Part shown: positions 60,281 to 64,000 of the stretch, piece after piece
Numbering within the stretch: position 1 is the stretch's first letter
How the letters are laid out: every line of letters begins with the position of its first letter
The notes under the pieces: model-generated
The model's input: only the letters and a program-made list of their open reading frames with translations
Told to the model about the DNA's origin: nothing
Database searches by the model: none
Program-made: the position numbers and the translations under genes
Sequence record: SRR31156797_2189
DNA length: 64,000 bases
Strand: one strand, 5' to 3'

Positions 60281-61213
60281 TTACTGCTCCGTCCTGATTG
60301 TCGCAGCCTGAAACAATGAAGACAACTCACCAAAGTTAACTCCTGGGTGAACTGCGTCTCCAGTAATCTTAAACGCTGCTCCTTCATCCTGCAGTTGAGT
60401 CCGCATTATGGACAAAAGCTCACCACCGGTTACATGAGCAAAAAACTCAGTTCGTGGTATCATAGTTCCGACAAAATCCAAGGCAGTTTCAGCATAAGGA
60501 ATGCGCGGCTCAATTTCCCCTGTAAAGTTTGCGGTGAACAATTTCGATGCCACCTGTCCCCCCTTAACAAACAGTTTTTCCTCATTGCCCGTTACAATAA
60601 AATTCAACTGCGAAAAAGGGAGCAATTTATGACCAAGAATATCTTTCTTCAGCCCCACTTGACCGTTATCAATACTCACTTTCACATCCAGATCATTTAC
60701 CGATGTGAGGTTGCCCTGCACCTTACCCTTAAATTGTGCGTTGATATTCCCCTGAATTTCTCTTTCCAGAATTTCTTTTATGCCGCTGACCGAACCAAGC
60801 TGCACATCTTTGAGCTGCCCTGCAACAGCAAAGGCACCCATGTTTTGATTTGACCTAACGCTTCCAGAGACACTCCCCCCACTGACCTCTGCTGTATAGC
60901 TTATTTCAGGCTGTCGACTCAACAGACTGGCAACTTCCGGTTGCAGTTCAAAGGTTTCAACCTTCAACAACCCATTGCTCTCTGCAGATGAAAAAATCTC
61001 CATCCCCCTCAGGACCAGTTTTCCAGGAAAACCAATTTCCACCTTAGCCAACTCCACCCTCGCGTGTGGGAAACGTGCAGTTAGATAGTCTGGAATCCAC
61101 TGCTGAAAAAAATCCGCAGGAAACAGTACCCACAACATGACAACGGTAGCTGTTACCGTATACAAGGAATACCCCATTATATTTCTTCCCCAACGGAGAG
61201 TCTTTGCTATCAT
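60281..61213 (-). CDS. gspN: GspN-like type II secretion protein
   Basis: N-terminal TM ending ..LFP, beta-rich body; position between gspM and gspC. Confidence 0.68.
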   Translation of the reverse strand: MIAKTLRWGRNIMGYSLYTVTATVVMLWVLFPADFFQQWIPDYLTARFPHARVELAKVEIGFPGKLVLRGMEIFSSAESNGLLKVETFELQPEVASLLSRQPEISYTAEVSGGSVSGSVRSNQNMGAFAVAGQLKDVQLGSVSGIKEILEREIQGNINAQFKGKVQGNLTSVNDLDVKVSIDNGQVGLKKDILGHKLLPFSQLNFIVTGNEEKLFVKGGQVASKLFTANFTGEIEPRIPYAETALDFVGTMIPRTEFFAHVTGGELLSIMRTQLQDEGAAFKITGDAVHPGVNFGELSSLFQAATIRTEQ

Positions 61214-61286
61214 CAGCCAGCACTCACATGCATTTATTTGTGTTGATCACGACCACGGGATACCTACTGACATTCTTTCCCCCTCT

Positions 61287-61823
61287 CTAGTTAACAGTAC
61301 TGACAACCTTATCAACGCTGACAATCTGCAAAATAACATCCAGAGTACCTTCCTCCTTATTGTTCTCCTGAATAGTAATGCGTTTGATACCGACCAGATT
61401 TTGAGGAGACTCTGTGGTTTTAAGAAAAGCAACAAGCTGTTTAAGACTTATAGCCTGTAATTTCATTTCAACCATACTTTGCTTCAGCACCTCATCAGCA
61501 GTGAGCTCCGAGGGCTTCATATATGCAATCCGCTCTTTAATCTTAATATCGTCCGCATTTTTCTCTAAAAAAGAAAACAGGCTGAACCCGGCTACACGTT
61601 CATTAAGCTGACTGGCAATGGAATTGCTTTTTTGACTGAAAAGGGCATAACGCTGCTGCATTTGTTCCATTTCACCAAGCTGTCGCTGCCGGGTGACAAC
61701 ATTTTTTTTCATTTTTTCACGATTTTCCACCAAAGGGAAAAAGATGAATTGCAGGAGCAAAAAAAATGCAAGACTGACCCCTGCAATGATCACAGCGTTC
61801 TTTTCCCGTGATGTCATCTGCAT
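61287..61823 (-). CDS. gspM: GspM-like type II secretion protein
   Basis: TSREK followed by TM, coiled coil and small periplasmic domain; follows gspL. Confidence 0.75.
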   Translation of the reverse strand: MQMTSREKNAVIIAGVSLAFFLLLQFIFFPLVENREKMKKNVVTRQRQLGEMEQMQQRYALFSQKSNSIASQLNERVAGFSLFSFLEKNADDIKIKERIAYMKPSELTADEVLKQSMVEMKLQAISLKQLVAFLKTTESPQNLVGIKRITIQENNKEEGTLDVILQIVSVDKVVSTVN

Positions 61824-63286
61824 CAGCTCTCACCCAACTCCAGTTGTATCTCAAACCGGATCTTCCTGGTCTTTTTATCTGCTGTTGCAGATACAATCTG
61901 CACGCCACTGTACAATGGGGACTGTGACAAAAGACTTTTAATTTCATTAACCGTATTAAAGGTAGCCGTCATCCCACGTATGCGTATTGCCTTTTGATCT
62001 ATCACCATTCTTGAGACTTGGAGCGACAAAGTATCTGGGATGCGTGATGAAATATCTGCCAGAAAGTCCAATATCCTTTGCTGGTCGGTATAAACAGGCA
62101 TGTTGGTTTCAGAAGACTCCAGTTCTCTCAGGGCAACCTTCATCTGCACGTAAGGATCCTGGATACGGGTAGCACGGGTAAACTGCTCCCGGTAGAGCAG
62201 TTCCATCTGCTGCCGTAACCGATGACTCTTTGCGGTTAAATTTCTATTTTCGAGAGTGTAATAGCCGACAATACAACCTATACAAACAAGGATAGCTGCT
62301 GCCGCTGCGGTTACCTGCTTCCTTGACTTAAAAATTGTCTTCTTGGGCGCCAGCTCTCCCTGCCGGAAATTAAATCCCGTATTCTTGCCCACTCGATAGA
62401 GCGAGAGGCTCAACGCTGCAGCAAATTCTCCCCGCGGTAGGCTGTCGGTATCCTCTGGAACATTGAGCTCCACCAAGGAAGTGAGATCCACATGCTCCAC
62501 CACCGTCCCCAACTGTAGTTCTAGCGCGCTGCACACCTCTGCATTTTCGATAAAATCTCCGGTTACAAGCGTTTGCTCTAGTTTGTCTACCGGAAAACCC
62601 ATGGATTGCAGAAAACCCATCGTTCGGCCTACAGCCTGCTGAAACACCTCCAACTGTGCCCCAATATCGTTAACATCATACCCGTCATGCATCATCTGTG
62701 GCAGAGCAGGTAATTTACGACAGAACTGACAAATACCGTTGTGGATCAACAACAGGGTAGCTGAGGTAGTATAAGCCTCCAATATAAGGTGCCACCCTTT
62801 CTTAAAATGGTGTCCAACTAACTCTGCAACAGCAACCGCAGCAGGCAGGACAACTTCAGGCTCGGCACCATGTTGTTGGAGGCGGTCAAGGACATCACCC
62901 ACCATCGCTTTTTCGGCGGCAAAAGCAAGGAGAGTGCTGCTAGAATTTGTTTTCCCAAGTATATTAAAATCTGTGACCACGTCTTCCATGGGCTGGATCA
63001 ATTGATCTTCCAACTCAAAAGGCAGGGTCTGGGTAATATTTTTTTTATCGGAAAAAGGCAGCTCCAAACTGCGCACACTCACAGCAGCAAGCGGCAGCCC
63101 GCAAACACATTCTCCACCTTGCCAGCCAAGCTTTTCAAGAAGTCCTTCCACCGGTGCAGCTGCATCATCCGAGGGAAAGGGGACAGAAGCACTAGAGTCC
63201 AGCACCACGGTCTTGCCCTGTTGTTCTGTCACAACACCAGTAAGGCAATCGTCACCGTAATATAACCCAAGAAACTTCTTATTCAT
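61823..63286 (-). CDS. gspL: GspL-like protein (actin-like cytoplasmic domain, TM, PilN-like domain)
   Basis: RSLELPF, TLPFELE, FNFRQGE, single TM, PilN-like C-terminus. Confidence 0.78.
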   Translation of the reverse strand: MNKKFLGLYYGDDCLTGVVTEQQGKTVVLDSSASVPFPSDDAAAPVEGLLEKLGWQGGECVCGLPLAAVSVRSLELPFSDKKNITQTLPFELEDQLIQPMEDVVTDFNILGKTNSSSTLLAFAAEKAMVGDVLDRLQQHGAEPEVVLPAAVAVAELVGHHFKKGWHLILEAYTTSATLLLIHNGICQFCRKLPALPQMMHDGYDVNDIGAQLEVFQQAVGRTMGFLQSMGFPVDKLEQTLVTGDFIENAEVCSALELQLGTVVEHVDLTSLVELNVPEDTDSLPRGEFAAALSLSLYRVGKNTGFNFRQGELAPKKTIFKSRKQVTAAAAAILVCIGCIVGYYTLENRNLTAKSHRLRQQMELLYREQFTRATRIQDPYVQMKVALRELESSETNMPVYTDQQRILDFLADISSRIPDTLSLQVSRMVIDQKAIRIRGMTATFNTVNEIKSLLSQSPLYSGVQIVSATADKKTRKIRFEIQLELGES

Positions 63287-63486
63287 CTCTGTCTCGTTAA
63301 CTTCCCAATTTGTAATTATTTAGCGAATAACAAAAAACTCGTATCAACCTCGACCTGTAATTGTTGAGCAGTGCTCAAAAGCCGTATAAGCAGGATGAAA
63401 ACGATAGCAATGCTACGTTTTCCTGCCTGATCGTGGGAAGAGGTAAACGCGGACTCCCCAGGGTGCTGCTGAACAGTTACCCTGGT

Positions 63487-64000
63487 TTATTGAATCCGCC
63501 AGTGCAGAAGTGTCTGCTCCATGTTTTCTGCTCGCAGGAGTACCCCCCTGCCAATGCGCTTAGCGCCGTCGTCTTCGGCTGTAAGGGTAACGGCAAAGGC
63601 CTTGGCCGTGGTTGTAAGCAGAGCTTCATCCAGTGTTATATCCCCGGGAAAACCACTGACCCCTCTGTACCAGGATATGGCTTTAAGATTTTCGCTATTA
63701 TCCGGCTCTTCCCTATATGCTTTCAAATCGCTAATCATTTCTTCACTCAACTCAGGTTCCAGGGCTGCTAGAACCGTTCCTGGAGCTGTATTCAAATTAA
63801 TTTTGCCGTCATCAACCGCTACGGTAATATACCCTCCAATGCCCTCATACTCTTCGTCACCATAAAAAAGCTCAGGTGTCATACCCTTTACAAACAAAAG
63901 TTCTTCTATTGCCAGCATGGGTCCATTTCGACAAGTGTATCCTGGAGAGAGTGATTGATAATATGCATTTTCCGCGCCATTTCCTCGTGCTTCATCATCT
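63487..64000 (-). CDS. gspK: GspK minor pseudopilin, C-terminal part (runs off the window)
   Basis: Frame is open to the window edge: DDEARGNGAENAYYQSLSPGYTCRNGP, EELLFVKG, KINLNTA. Confidence 0.85.
   Translation of the reverse strand, partial: DDEARGNGAENAYYQSLSPGYTCRNGPMLAIEELLFVKGMTPELFYGDEEYEGIGGYITVAVDDGKINLNTAPGTVLAALEPELSEEMISDLKAYREEPDNSENLKAISWYRGVSGFPGDITLDEALLTTTAKAFAVTLTAEDDGAKRIGRGVLLRAENMEQTLLHWRIQ

Overview
Chromosomal window of a sulfate-reducing Desulfobacterota bacterium, most likely Desulfobulbales/Desulfocapsaceae (inferred from gene content and order, not verified). Left to right: (1) the start of a group II Mo-nitrogenase cluster (nifH-nifI1-nifI2-nifD-nifK plus a NifB-like ORF that lacks the radical-SAM Cys motif), with a sigma54 promoter and a NifA-type UAS; (2) an OmpW-like beta-barrel gene; (3) an uncharacterised 7-gene operon: a HisD paralogue with altered active-site residues, an SDR, a PotABCD-like ABC importer with a Tat-exported binding protein, and a tandem-duplicated HisB/IGPD-like protein whose metal ligands are split between the two halves; two related MITE-like palindromic elements lie inside it; (4) frameshifted HD-GYP and GGDEF genes, two-component genes, a glycosyltransferase and a radical-SAM gene; (5) a dcw cluster with a murE-murF fusion, no ftsW (a 70-aa Cys-rich ORF sits in its place) and an FtsI homologue lacking all three transpeptidase motifs; (6) a Cache/PAS/GAF diguanylate cyclase, ruvCAB, yebC, rlmE, a probable CC-adding enzyme, a ThiI-like protein and recN; (7) a DtxR-family regulator and a UGA-recoded SelW/Rdx selenoprotein missed by the ORF track; (8) a type II secretion cluster with gspF inverted. 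The best candidates for undescribed biology are the HisD/HisB-paralogue uptake operon and the FtsW-less, pseudo-FtsI dcw cluster. No tRNA, rRNA, CRISPR array or transposase was recognised.
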